The translations under genes and the position numbers were made by a program. Positions 12,801-23,915 of a stretch of 64,000 nucleotides of DNA are shown here, piece by piece (positions within the stretch are counted from its first letter, which is position 1; every line of letters starts with the position of its first letter). The notes beneath the pieces were generated by a model, which worked only from the letters and a program-made list of their open reading frames with translations, did not search any database and was not told the origin of the DNA. Origin of the DNA: Antedon mediterranea (lineage: Eukaryota > Animalia > Echinodermata); the NCBI RefSeq assembly GCF_964355755.1, contig NC_092673.1, positions 33,787,648 through 33,851,647 of the forward strand, read 5' to 3'.

Positions 12801-15800
12801 ATGAATTAAATAGATGAGATAATAAGAACTGTTAAACTCAACCATTGGTGTCAGGCAAGTTAAATATGATATGAAGTTACCTACCTGGAGCAGTAGGTTT
12901 TGTGAGTTGGCCAAAACTAGTTGACTCGGAACCTGCAGCAGATATAAATGAGAATCCAGTTGGCTTCGTTGCTGGTTGTGAGAAAGCGGATACTGGTTCT
13001 GCCTGTGGTGGGGGCTTAGGTGCAGAGAAGGAGAATGATGATGAAGCACCAGAGAGAGAGAATGTTGATTGGCTTATGGCTGCAGATTGAGCTCCAGCAG
13101 TCTGTAACTGAGTGGTTACTGCTGGTGGTGTAAAGGCACCTTTGGACTGACTAGAGAACATACTTCCAGGGTTTGAAACTGGAGGTGTAGAACCAGCTAA
13201 TGAGACATTGCTTGATGACGTGGTTGACTTGGGAGCAAAAGAGAATGGACTGCTAGAAGATGCTGTTGATGATTGTCCAAATGAAAATCCTGTCATTCCA
13301 GTTGCTTGCGGATGCCCAGAGGCTGGGGCTGTCTTTGAAGTGAAAGAAAATCCACCAGAATTACTACCAGATGGTTGACCAAATGGCACGCTTGTTGGCT
13401 TTGCACCAAATGATAAACCTGCAGCAGAGGTTGCAGTAGGAGTGGTAAAAGAGAAGCTGGCAACAGGAGCTGTAGATGAACTCATGCTCTGGATAGATGC
13501 TGTATTTGGTACACTTGTCTGTGCATGACCACCTCCAATGGAAGAAGCACTTTGAATTTGTTTAGAAGCTACTGAAGCTGGCATACTTGGAACCACAGCA
13601 TCACCTCCTCCAGAACCTTTCAGAAAACCAAAACAGGTCAAAAATTTAAAAAGGGATGTCATAGAAGTAAATAGTATTGCCTGAAATCTCATGAAATTCA
13701 AAGTGATCTTAAACAAAGGCCATAGATGTTTAAGATAAAATAATACAAGGGTAACTTTTTCATGTAACTAAGTCCAAAAGGTTGTCATTTACAAACCATG
13801 TGAAAACACAATTAATTAGTCACGTTCCCAATTGAGCCCAATTTTTCATAATAGACTTTTCTCATAACTTACCTGATGGTTGTCTTTGACCTGGTGGAAA
13901 AGCTACAGGAGGTGCGGTTATAACTGGACATTCTGTGTCGTATAACATGTAAAACGGGCAGAGTTTACCCTCTGTTGACAAAGTGATGACTATTGGAGCA
14001 GGTCGCCCACCTAAACCAAAAAGAATAATACTAGAAAATCAAATGTTCTAGCCATTTTTTCAAGATGAGGTTCTTTAGAGAAAACGTTTTCAAGGTTTTG
14101 AGAGAGGCTGCTTTTAAAGATTAACCACATTGGCTCTCATTTAAAGATGAGCATTTCCGTTCTAATCACATTTGTTTTAATTTACATCAAAAGATGAGAG
14201 ACTAATGCTTATTGGCTCCTGTTAAAAACCTGCTTGAACTTCTGGTGATTTTTATGTTTTTGTTTTGAATCAGCTTCTTCTTAATTTTAGTTATTTATTG
14301 ACTAACCTGACTGATCTAATTCTGATGTCAGATCCAATGCTATTCCCAGTGGATATGTTTCTTTATTACTAACCTGACTGATATAATTCTGATGTCAGAT
14401 CCAATGCTATTCCTAGTGGATATGTTTCTTTACTGTAACTAACCTGACTGATCTAATTCTGATGTCAGATCTAATGCTATTCCTAGTGGATATGTTTCTT
14501 TACTGTAACTAACCTGACTGATCTAATTCTGATGTCAGATCTAATGCTATTCCTAGTGGATATGTTTCTTTATTGACTAACCTGACTGATCTAATTCTGA
14601 TGTCAGATCCAATGCTATTCCTAGTGGATATGTTTCTTTATTACTAACCTGACTGATATAATTCTGATGTCAGATCCAATGCTATTCCTAGTGGATATGT
14701 TTCTTTATTACTAACCTGACTGGTATAATTCTGATGTCAGATCCAATGCTATTCCTAGTGGATATGTTTCTTTATTGCTAACCTGACTGATCTAATTCCG
14801 ATGTCAGATCCAATGCTATTCCTAGTGGATATGTTTCTTTATTACTAACCTGACTGATATAATTCTGATGTCAGATCCAATGCTATTCCTAGTGGATATG
14901 TTTCTTTATTACTAACCTGACTGATCTAATTCTGATGTCAGATCTAATGCTATTCCTAGTGGATATGTTTCTTTATTACTAACCTGACTGATATAATTCT
15001 GATGTCAGATCCAATGCTATTCCTTGTGGATATGTTTCTTTATTACTAACCTGACTGATCTAATTCTGATGTCAGATCCAATGCTATTCCTAGTGGATAT
15101 GTTTCTTTATTGACTAACCTGACTGATATAATTCTGATGTCAGATCCAATGCTATTCCTAGTGGATATGTTTCTTTATTGACTAACCTGACTGATATAAT
15201 TCTGATGTCAGATCCAATGCTATTCCTAGTGGATATGTTTCTTTTTTACTGTAACTAACCTGATTGAACTAATTCTGATGTCAGATCCAATGCTATTCCT
15301 AGTGGATATGTTTCTTTATTGACTAACCTGACTGATCTAATTCTGATGTCAGATCCAATGCTATTCCTAGTGGATATGTTTCTGTATTGACTAACCTGAC
15401 TGATATAATTCTGATGTCAGATCTAATGCTATTCCTAGTGGATATGTTTCTTTTTTACTGTAACTAACCTGATTGAACTAATTCTGATGTCAGATCCAAT
15501 GCTATTCCTAGTGGATATGTTTCTGTATTGACTAACCTGACTGATTTAATTCTGATGTCAGATCTAATGCTATTCCTAGTGGATATGTTTCTGTATTGAC
15601 TAACCTGACTGATATAATTCTGATGTCAGATCTAATGCTATTCCTAGTGGATATGTTTCTTTTTTACTGTAACTAACCTGACTGATATAATTCTGATGTC
15701 AGATCCAATGCTATTCCTAGTGGATATGTTTCTGTATTGACTAACCTGACTGATATAATTCTGATGTCAGATCTAATGCTATTCCTAGTGGATATGTTTC

Positions 15801-18800
15801 TTTATTACTGTAACTAACCTGATTGAACTAAATCTGATGTCAGATCCAATGCTATTCCTACTAGTGGATATGTTTCTTTATTGATTAACCTGACTGATAT
15901 AATTCTGATGTCAGATCTAATGCTATTCCTAGTGGATATGTTTCTTTATTGACTAACCTGACTGATTTAATTCTGAAGTCAGATCCAATGCTATTCCTAG
16001 TGGATATGTATCATCGTTGTTAGCATTCAGCGGTAGTGTCAATCTAGCATTGTCATTCACGTTCCAAATCTCCCATTGGTTTGGATTTTTTTGTTGTTTC
16101 CCCATAAGACCCATGTCAGCTCCATTACTCTGCATTGCCAGCAATATTTCCCTGTAAAATTAACATGAAAGTAAGAGTTTAATCTTGCTAAATATCAGTA
16201 AAGTATTAAAAAGGACATTCTAATACTATAATATCAAATAATATCAAACTTACCATTTATCAATATACTTGAGGTAGTATTGGCCTTTTCGTTCTCCTTC
16301 ACCCATGCAAATATCCTCAAAATTGTTAAACATTGGATCTCCATCTTTCTACATATAAAATAGAGATTTAATAGCAAGAATCAGGCAAAATATAAATACA
16401 TGTTTTTGTTAAGAATAGAGTAATACTTAATTTACTTAACTTCACACATTGGATGGTTTTGAATTTCTAAAGCGCAAAAAAAAAAGTTTTTAAGTGCTCC
16501 GACAACAAGTGAAAAAGATCAAGGAAAAAGTGAAAGTTCATGCCAGCTCTAAATCAAAGTATGGGGATACCACCTTGTCACTCACCAGAGTTTAACTAAT
16601 AAACTGTGGTTAGCACCAGTTGGCAGTCTTCTATCCTATTAACGGTTTATATAAATAAACATGAAAAACTGACAAAATAGTTTTTGTCCTTACCGGTGCT
16701 GAGACAGTAACAACATTTGGTTGTAGACGACCATCAGTATCGGCATATGCCGCAATAAACTTGTAAGTTGACAGCCAACAAACATCAACAACTAGAAGAA
16801 ATTTAGAAATGCGTCTTTAACCACTGAGACAACATGAATTTATGAATAAAATTACTAAAATGTTTTACAGTAACTAAATTTTACCTGTAACTCTATCAAA
16901 TGAAATGTATATGGCTTTTGAATACAGTATGTCTCACTGTAATTCAGCTATCTCTATTTTACCTGTAACTCTATCATCAAATGTATAAGGCTTTTGAATA
17001 CAGTATGTCTCACTGTAATTTAGCTATCTCTATTTTACCTGTAACTCTATCATCAAATGTATAAGGCTTTTGAATGCTATACTTTGTAATGTTTATATTT
17101 TCGCACCGCGGCTCTAGCCAGCTATGTCCCAGGAGGACACATTCATTAATAAGCTGTTTCATAGCGGTAGCTTAGTATCTAAGGCTGACAGTTTTGTGAA
17201 TTTGGAAACTCGACTATAATTTATAGGTAGCTGCTGGACCCAAAAAACGTCTGGGAGAAGAGAGTCTATATGAAAGCCTTTGCTGATAATACAGTATTAT
17301 TGAGATGTAGACGGAAATCTGTAAAATCTTGATCAATAAATAATAACTTCGTTTTTGCTGTGAACCAGGTCGGTATTATAATAAGTCACTGTCAAATAAT
17401 CATTCGATAATGGTCAAAACTTTATTTTGGCTCTGTCAACATAAAGGGAGGTATTTACAATGACTTTCTTTTGACTGTCAATCTAGGCCAATGTTATAAT
17501 AATACGCCGTCAGATATTAAATCATTGAAACAGTCCTCGTAAATTTGTTGTTGGTTATCAGATGCCGTGGGGGGTCCAATCAATTATCGTCAGAAGGTGA
17601 ACAATCAGTCTAGGTAGCAGCAGCAGATTATTAGGAACGCCTGCTCCATTAATTAATCCAGAAAAAGGTTTGTACATTATCTATTTGTTTATTAGCCTTC
17701 TCCTAACACAATTATATTTTCTTTAAAAAAAAGGTTTTATAAGTGGTTTCAACATTTATGATAGTAATGTCACAGTTCTGTGTCTGGACGCAAGTTCATA
17801 GACCTACTAGTTATATTATTCATATTAACTGATACTTACTCTTCATTTACCGTAAAGTTCATTTTTAATGAAATATATAATATAAATTGGCTTCGTAACA
17901 ATTAATTAGTGTTGAAAAGGTTAGTTTTTTGGTGATAGGTGAAAATGACATGTAACTTCGTAATCAATTTATTTTTTTGTATAAAGGCCCAATTACACTA
18001 TGACGATAACGACGGACGATAAATATATAGCATGCATTTTTTTTACATAAACCAAAAGAAATTAGAAAGGTTTTCGTTCTAGACCTATAGGATAATCATT
18101 TATGCTGTCTTTGATAAAAATAATGTTTTTCAAATTCCAATCAAATGACGTCATGATAAATAAAAACAATAAAATCGCTGTATTGTCACGATATTATTGG
18201 TTTTACTAATCATGACGTCATTTGATTGGACGTGTGAAAATATAATTTTCATCAAAGGAATTGTTTATTTTTCTTTTGGTTTATGTATTAAAAATGCACA
18301 TTTGTCTATTTATCGTCGATCGTTATCGTCCTAGTGTATGGGCCTTATGCTGTAAATGTTCAATTAATTGATCATTCCGATTTTATTAGTTGGACTCTTG
18401 CACAGTTGCTGTCTAATCGTTGTTGTGTAATATCATTTCGAACCATATTAAAATCATAAAGAGATTCATATACCTTAACATGTGGCTGTGCATGGAAGTC
18501 TGGTCTACACAAACTCGGACCCGAGAGTCTAAATAAATACTTTCATTTAAAATGTAAAATAAGACTGCAAAATTGGGCTTATCAACAAATAAATACTTTC
18601 GTTCAAAATTTAAAATAAGACTGCACAATTGGGCTTATCAACAAATAAAATACTTTTTTTTCAAAATGTAAAATTAAGACTGGAAAATTGGGCTTATAAA
18701 CAAATAAATACTTTTTTTCAAAATTTAAAATTAAGATTGGAAAATTGGGCTTATAAACAAATAAATACTTCCGTTCAAAATGTAAGAAAACATTTTTTAA

Positions 18801-21800
18801 ATATAATCCTTAAGCTCTATCTATACTATCAAACTAAATATGATGTGCTCATATTATATAGACATGACGATGTCATATCACTACGATAATCGGGCATATC
18901 ACTACCATATTTGGGCACATCACACTTTTTTTGTTAAACTAGTTGGGACAGTGTAGACACAGAACTATGTGATCGAAACATTAGTCGGAATTGGACTGAC
19001 GCGATTGATTTAATTGGGTATTTTTATTAATGTAATGATTCATTAAAAACTATAATACCGATACGCGTTTGGTATTGAGCAATGGTGCAAAAAACCCTGA
19101 GAAATAATGTTATAACGCGATTTGGTGATAGCTTAGCAATAATACAACCCATATACTGTACTATTATTATAAATACCTATTACAAATCCATTCATATAAC
19201 TTTTCATCGCGAACCGAAAATGTATAAATGTTATTCTACAGACAGTAATTATATATTCAAAAGCCATATTATTATTATTATCAATACCTAAATGCGATAG
19301 TAATAACCACATACATTATTCCCAATACAAGTTTGTGCGTTTAATTCTAGAAAGAAACGACTGTGCTGACAGGCCAATGACATAAATCACAAGTAAAGTC
19401 CCAATTGTTCACTTGCGTTTTGATTGGCCGACCTATTATATTAGATTAATGAAGACTGTTCTTACAACTGTCCAGTCAAAAAGTTACGCGGCGTTTTTTG
19501 TAAGAAATATTTCTTGTTTATTTTAGATTGTAAAGGATCCCAATGGAAATAAGCTGATAAGCTTTTTGAGCTATCCTGGAAAGTCTTTTATAAATGTATT
19601 ATTTGTAATGTCCGTAATTTATGTTATCGCTTTGTATGTATTTTTTATGATGATTTTCCAAATAAATTCAATTCAATTCAATTCAATACAGTATGTCTCA
19701 CTGTAATTCAGCTATCTCTATTTTACCTGTAACTCTATCATGAGATGTATAAGGCTTTTGAATACAGTATGTCTCACTGTAATTTAGCTATCTCTATTTT
19801 ACCTGTAACTCTATCATCAAATGTATAAGGCTTTTGAATACGTCTCTTCTCAGTAAGTTGTAGATCATACTGTACCAGGCTACCATCTCCTTTACCAACA
19901 ACCAGTTGTTTACCTTTAGGGCTCCAGCACACTTTAAACAAAAATTAAGTTAAAAGTCTATTAAAAATATTCAGAAGGAATCTGAGTAAAGGTATTATAA
20001 AATGGTCTTTCTGCTTGAAATGCTGACACCCAACCATTAGACCACCAATGCTAAACAATACTAGTTCTTAATTGTTAATGTGTAAATACATAGATTGAAA
20101 TTAGCTTACTGGCTCTAGAATCATTATCCTTCTGTATCTTAGCAACTACTCTCACTCCAGCAGATGTTTCACACAGAATTAAGCTGCCATCTGACAGACA
20201 AGTAGCAAGAACCGTCAAATTTGTTGGATTCCAGCAAAGTTCAGTGACCCAGACGTCTGACCCCTGACTCAAAATCTGTGTAGACAATGCTTTAGCATTT
20301 GTACCCTATGGAGACAAAAGAGACATGGTATAGATTGTCTTACAACACACCATGTCCTTGTCATTTGATTGGATTGTTGGCCATATGATGTTAAATAACT
20401 GTACTATCGCACTCGTAATAATGTCATCGAGAGTGCAATTCCGTTATATGCGTGCAAGTACTGCAAATTTATTCTATTTTCATCTTTCACCAAAATATTC
20501 ATTATTTGTATATTATTTTCTATGGAAGGGTAAATACAGATTCCAAACATTTAAAAGGAACTTTACTGATGTTTTGTTTTGAAGTATAAACAATGAAGTT
20601 GAAATTGTCTTAAAGAGAGAGTTAAGCACTGACTTAATGGTGAAATGGTCAGCTTTTATGAGGTTTCTTGTTTAAAATTATTCTTTCTGTGGAATCTGGT
20701 ACATGAGGCTCACATAAACAGGTTCCACAACTTGTCTGCCACTATGGAAAATAGGATTCTCACCAGTGTTCTGTGTGCACCAGGGTAGTTGCATATAACA
20801 TGTGATAACTTACCAATTGGATCAATGACCTGACATCATAAAGGGCAATAATGAGGGCAGCATCCTTCTTATAGCAAACAGCAAGAGTGAGGTTATCTGC
20901 ACTAAGAGCAAGATGATGTGGCATGTAGCCAAGTTGTACATCAACATGGGGGTAGTCTGTCACTGTAGAATGATTGAACCAATTCTATTATTTTAACATG
21001 GGGGTAGTCTGTCACTGTAGAATGATTGAACCAATTCTATTATTTTAACATGGGGGTAGTCTGTCACTGTAAATGATCAAAACAATTCTATTATTTTAAC
21101 ATGGGGGTAGTCTGTCACTGTAGAATGATTGAACCAATTCTATTATTTTAACATGGGGGTAGTCTGTCACTGTAAATGATCAAAACAATTCTATTATTTT
21201 AACATGGGGGTAGTCTGTCACTGTAGAATGATTGAACCAATTCTATTATTTTAACATGGGGGTAGTCTGTCACTGTAAATGAGCAAAACAATTCTATTAT
21301 TCTTTTGTTGGTATTTTTAGCATTTACATAAAATTAGAATTTACACAAAATTAGCAAGACGTGATGGAAAATATTGGTTGTTCACACACCAGCTTAGCGT
21401 TGTCTTAAACCAAGACAGTGGTAGGCATCTTGTTTTGGTTACTCGGACACACCGGCTTAATTCATAAATGAATGAATTCTTTTTAAGTTTCTAAAAGCTA
21501 AATTATTAATTGATATTTTCAATCTAATTTTACCAGTTTCTTTCGATTTGTCAACTGTACTATTCAATCGAGTTAATTCTGCTGTTTTCACAATTTTCAA
21601 TCCTATATGAGGATAAAAAAAATAATTTGTAAACAAGATTTGATTAAAGATGAATTGTTTTAAATTGATTTACATTTTAACTGCTAATGTAAATCTTAAT
21701 GATGATACAATGGCACACAGCCAATAGCCCCAGTTGATTGGTTATAAACTCCTAAACTAATAACAAATTATCTTTTAAATCAATTCTAAAAATATAGTGT

Positions 21801-22368
21801 AATTTTGTTGGAACACTTTGTGATCCCCTGTTCTGCATCAACCTCTAGTTGAAGCTAATATCACTGTAAGGTATTCTGTATCAACCTCTACACTACACAA
21901 ATTAAATATATTGCAGATATAATAATTATTGTTACAATGTACTTTACCTTTGTTGTATCCAATGTAAAGGTAGCCATATTTGTTGCAAGCAACCACAATA
22001 TTATATCGTTCACTTGGAATAGCATCATCTACGTTAGTATTAAATATCTGCAATTTACACATCTCCTTAAATTTCAGATCCTATAATAAAACAAATTCAG
22101 ATTAAAATATTACATCAGATAATTGTAAATACATATCTGTACAGAACTTGGCAATTGAGAGTTTGTCTTGATCTGGATTTGGGGAAGAAACTCAGGTTTA
22201 CATTAGCATATACAGTATGTACAAAACAGGAAATTCAATAGTGCATTTAAATCTGTGATTGCATCTCAGATTTAAATTAAATCCAACAATGTTTAGAATA
22301 TCTTTGATAGGGGCCTACTAAATAATAAATTCAGATTTACTCACTTCAACTAAACGTTCTTCATCCAT
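3822..22368 (-). CDS. NUP214: Nuclear pore complex protein Nup214 (beta-propeller, coiled coil, FG-repeat tail); 30 coding exons, ~2094 aa
   Basis: Exons with GT-AG boundaries and consistent phases: 22345-22368, 21948-22080, 21534-21602, 20814-20962, 20110-20305, 19803-19931, 16694-16791, 16254-16348, 15958-16151, 13873-14010, 12885-13616, 12425-12765, 12049-12198, 11537-11802, 10912-11085, 10344-10495, 10047-10232, 9473-9788, 9161-9260, 8231-9074, 7972-8034, 6891-7835, 6440-6574, 6246-6341, 5903-5962, 5534-5596, 4939-5083, 4290-4435, 4053-4173, 3822-3846 (sum 6285 nt, divisible by 3). Nup214-like motifs: [47 protein letters not shown], many FG/FSFG repeats, C-terminal FSGWR*. Confidence 0.95.
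7090..7445 (-). repeat. Coding tandem repeat (~23-26 aa, [20 protein letters not shown]) in NUP214 exon 22
   Basis: About 5 similar in-frame units, each with ACCTGTCCAAAACCA-like sequence on the + strand. Confidence 0.85.
9838..10058 (-). repeat. Two-copy ~110 bp duplication spanning the NUP214 exon 17 donor
   Basis: CATAAACCTTTACCAACTGACTGCC and its ~90 bp flank occur twice (9838-9952, 9953-10058); includes the last 12 nt of the exon plus GTAAAG. Confidence 0.9.
10660..10960 (-). repeat. Three-copy 100 bp tandem repeat spanning the NUP214 exon 15 donor
   Basis: Units start at 10661, 10761, 10861; each has ~48 nt of exon end, GTAAGT and ~50 nt of intron. Confidence 0.95.
11345..11460 (+). 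mobile_element. 3' fragment of the tRNA-SINE family found at 49975-50279
   Basis: TACATCACAGCCACTGATCA...GGCCCTCTGGGA...CCCAGTATAAATA matches the reverse complement of ~49983-50058; ends in an (AAAT)n tail. Confidence 0.75.
14294..16009 (-). repeat. ~25-copy 67-73 bp minisatellite made from the NUP214 exon 9 3' end plus donor site
   Basis: Unit CTAACCTGACTGATCTAATTCTGATGTCAGATCCAATGCTATTCCTAGTGGATATGTTTCTTTATTGA; the last copy (15953-16009) is the real exon end ([17 protein letters not shown]|gttagt). Confidence 0.97.
17986..18344. mobile_element. Foldback MITE with GGCCC termini (PIF/Harbinger-like)
   Basis: GGCCCAATTACACTATGACGATAACGACGGACGATAAAT pairs with ATTTATCGTCGATCGTTATCGTCCTAGTGTATGGGCC; the inner CCAATCAAATGACGTCATGAT is also inverted. 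Confidence 0.8.
18549..18785. repeat. ~56 bp tandem repeat, 4 copies
   Basis: AAAATAAGACTGCAAAATTGGGCTTATCAACAAATAAATACTTT-like unit repeated. Confidence 0.85.
18813..18966. mobile_element. Small (~155 bp) degenerate MITE
   Basis: AGCTCTATCTATACTATCAAACTA versus TAGTTGGGACAGTGTAGACACAGAACT form imperfect TIRs; internal TGATGTGCTCATAT / ATTTGGGCACATCA inverted. Confidence 0.6.
20943..21301 (-). repeat. 7-copy 51-52 bp minisatellite made from the NUP214 exon 4 acceptor plus first 20 nt of exon
   Basis: AACATGGGGGTAGTCTGTCACTGTAGAATGATTGAACCAATTCTATTATTTT units at 20943, 20995, 21047, 21098, 21150, 21201, 21253; two alternating variants. Confidence 0.96.
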
Positions 22369-22689
22369 CTTGAAGAATACACTTAGAGTTTGTCAGCTCA
22401 AACAGCAACTAAATTAACAAATCAATTATAAAATAAACGGCCTAGTTAGTAGTAATGTATTAGGCCTACCTACAGTACAGGAAGCTAGAGGGTCTAGCTA
22501 GGCCTAGCTAGTTATAGTAGTAGTAGAAATATATAGAATACTGAATAGGCCTAGGCCTAGCTAGGCCTCCTCAACTCATAATAGTAAAGTAATATACATG
22601 TAACATAGTAGGCCTCTAGACTACGCTAGCCTAAAGCATTTGTTGTTGTAAAAATTCCTTTTTTTTTAATGGAGTCCTTTTTAATCCAC

Positions 22690-22860
22690 GGCTTACATTG
22701 GTTTGCGACCGATTCGGTCACATCTCGGGCCAAATTACTCCGGCGAACAAAAATGGGGCGCTATAAGTATAAGTAAGGCAGTTTCACAGCGCTTTGCAAC
22801 CAATACTACTAATAGAGAGGGCCGAGGAGGAGGCCTAGACTAAACCTAATAAATGGCTGC
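22690..22860 (-). promoter_or_regulatory. Probable NUP214 non-coding first exon / core promoter
   Basis: Locally CpG-rich patch in AT-rich DNA; minus-strand donor-like CCAAT|gtaagc near 22697 and acceptor ttaatttag at 22409-22410 upstream of the ATG; flanked by scattered TAGGCCTA motifs. TSS not determinable. Confidence 0.4.
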
Positions 22861-23344
22861 TTAATACAGCATTCATTCAACTAATGCATTTCCTACAATG
22901 ACCTTATTCAAAATTTATTTTGTAAGATTCTCTAATTTACATTATTCACCTAGGCTAGGCCTACATGGTCATTTTAAAAGACAATAACAATAGGCCTAGG
23001 CCTAGCACGTTTCCTTACCCACCACCACACCACTCGCTTTTGCTAGATAAAATGGAATAACATGTGGGTACCACCAAAGTGGTGGTAAAAGCAAACCTCT
23101 AAAAAGTATGGAACGTCAAAGGTGCCTTTTGAGTGACAATATCAAAGTACAGAACACGTATCCTCCAAGCTTCTTCTCTAGCCAATGATATGAAATGTTT
23201 TTAATGCTGATATATATATATATATATAAATAGTGGTGAATTTAACGCAGACCATGAAAGCGAAAGTGCTCGATACAAAATGTAGAGCCAAATATAAATA
23301 AATAAATGAAAGACGCTAGTAAATTACCAACTGAACATTTTATT

Positions 23345-23388
23345 GCACTACAGGCTGTTTCATGAGTATGAACTCAATCTTCAGGTGC
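23345..23388 (-). ncRNA. Minimal type I hammerhead ribozyme motif (inverted copy)
   Basis: Exact reverse complement of 23406-23449. Confidence 0.8.
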
Positions 23389-23405
23389 TGAAGATTCAGA
23401 GCCAA

Positions 23406-23449
23406 GCACCTGAAGATTGAGTTCATACTCATGAAACAGCCTGTAGTGC
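23406..23449 (+). ncRNA. Minimal type I hammerhead ribozyme motif
   Basis: GCAC-CUGAAGA-U-UGAG(UUCAUA)CUCA-U-GAAACAG-C-CUGUA-GUGC: stem I GCAC/GUGC, CUGANGA and GAAA core, near-palindromic stem III, GUA cleavage triplet. Confidence 0.8.
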
Positions 23450-23486
23450 AATAAAATGTTCAGTTGGTAATTTACTAGCGTCTTTC

Positions 23487-23494
<8 letters not shown>

Positions 23495-23574
<80 letters not shown>
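23495..23574. repeat. (TA)n microsatellite, ~40 units
   Basis: Seen directly; shorter (TA)n tracts at 23209-23228 and 25557-25572. Confidence 0.98.
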
Positions 23575-23578
<4 letters not shown>

Positions 23579-23651
23579 CAAAGAGCTGCATAGGCAGGAT
23601 ATAGAAAAAAATCAAGATCAAATAAGTTAAAACTGCCTCAATATAGATTTA

Positions 23652-23694
23652 TTTTAACGACATGTTTCGGGCATAGCCCATCATCAGGTGAAAA
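23652..23694 (-). ncRNA. Minimal hammerhead ribozyme motif in Neptune pLTR
   Basis: Minus strand UUUUCAC-CUGAUGA-U-GGGC(UAU)GCCC-GAAAC-AU-GUC-GUUAAAA, followed by AAUAAA. Confidence 0.8.
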
Positions 23695-23915
23695 GAATTG
23701 TAACAAAGGATAACATATATAAGTCACAAAATTACATAATAAAACAAATCAGCCAATCAAAGATGTTAACAAACAAAAGGCATAGTTATAAAGGCACGCC
23801 TCCAAAAGCTATGGTGTACAAAGCAGGAATGGTTGCTTATAAAGCAGGAAATTTAAAACAAAGACAAAAGCTTCAAGTGTAAATAATTGTTAATATGTGA
23901 ATGTCTCTGGCAAAA

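Larger units (their letters stand above)
17076..19688 (+). mobile_element. Non-coding retroposon-like insertion with (TTCAA)n 3' tail, containing nested MITEs
   Basis: Precisely interrupts one 76 bp unit; the right end reads AAATAAA then (TTCAA)4, a short-repeat tail typical of CR1/L2-mobilised elements; no RT ORF. Confidence 0.6.
16878..19841 (-). repeat. 76 bp tandem repeat spanning the NUP214 exon 6 donor, split by a 2.6 kb insertion
   Basis: TATTTTACCTGTAACTCTATCATCAAATGTATAAGGCTTTTGAATACAGTATGTCTCACTGTAATTTAGCTATCTC units at 16878-17075 and ~19686-19841; about 5 copies in total, one cut between GAAT and ACAG. Confidence 0.93.
23229..23496. mobile_element. Solo inverted pseudo-LTR pair of a Penelope-like element in a (TA)n tract
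   Basis: Perfect 92 bp inverted arms 23298-23389 / 23405-23496 with a 15 nt spacer, each with a hammerhead core; (TA)n on both sides. Confidence 0.8.

Noticed and set aside
14294-16009. CRISPR-like appearance (conserved repeat with short variable spacer)
   Set aside because: The spacers are 10-16 nt variants of one sequence, the repeat is a copy of a eukaryotic exon end, and there are no cas genes. The other arrays likewise lack unique spacers.
22440-23010. TAGGCCTA clusters as a specific regulatory element
   Set aside because: Seen around the NUP214 5' end and sporadically elsewhere, but no function can be supported from sequence alone.
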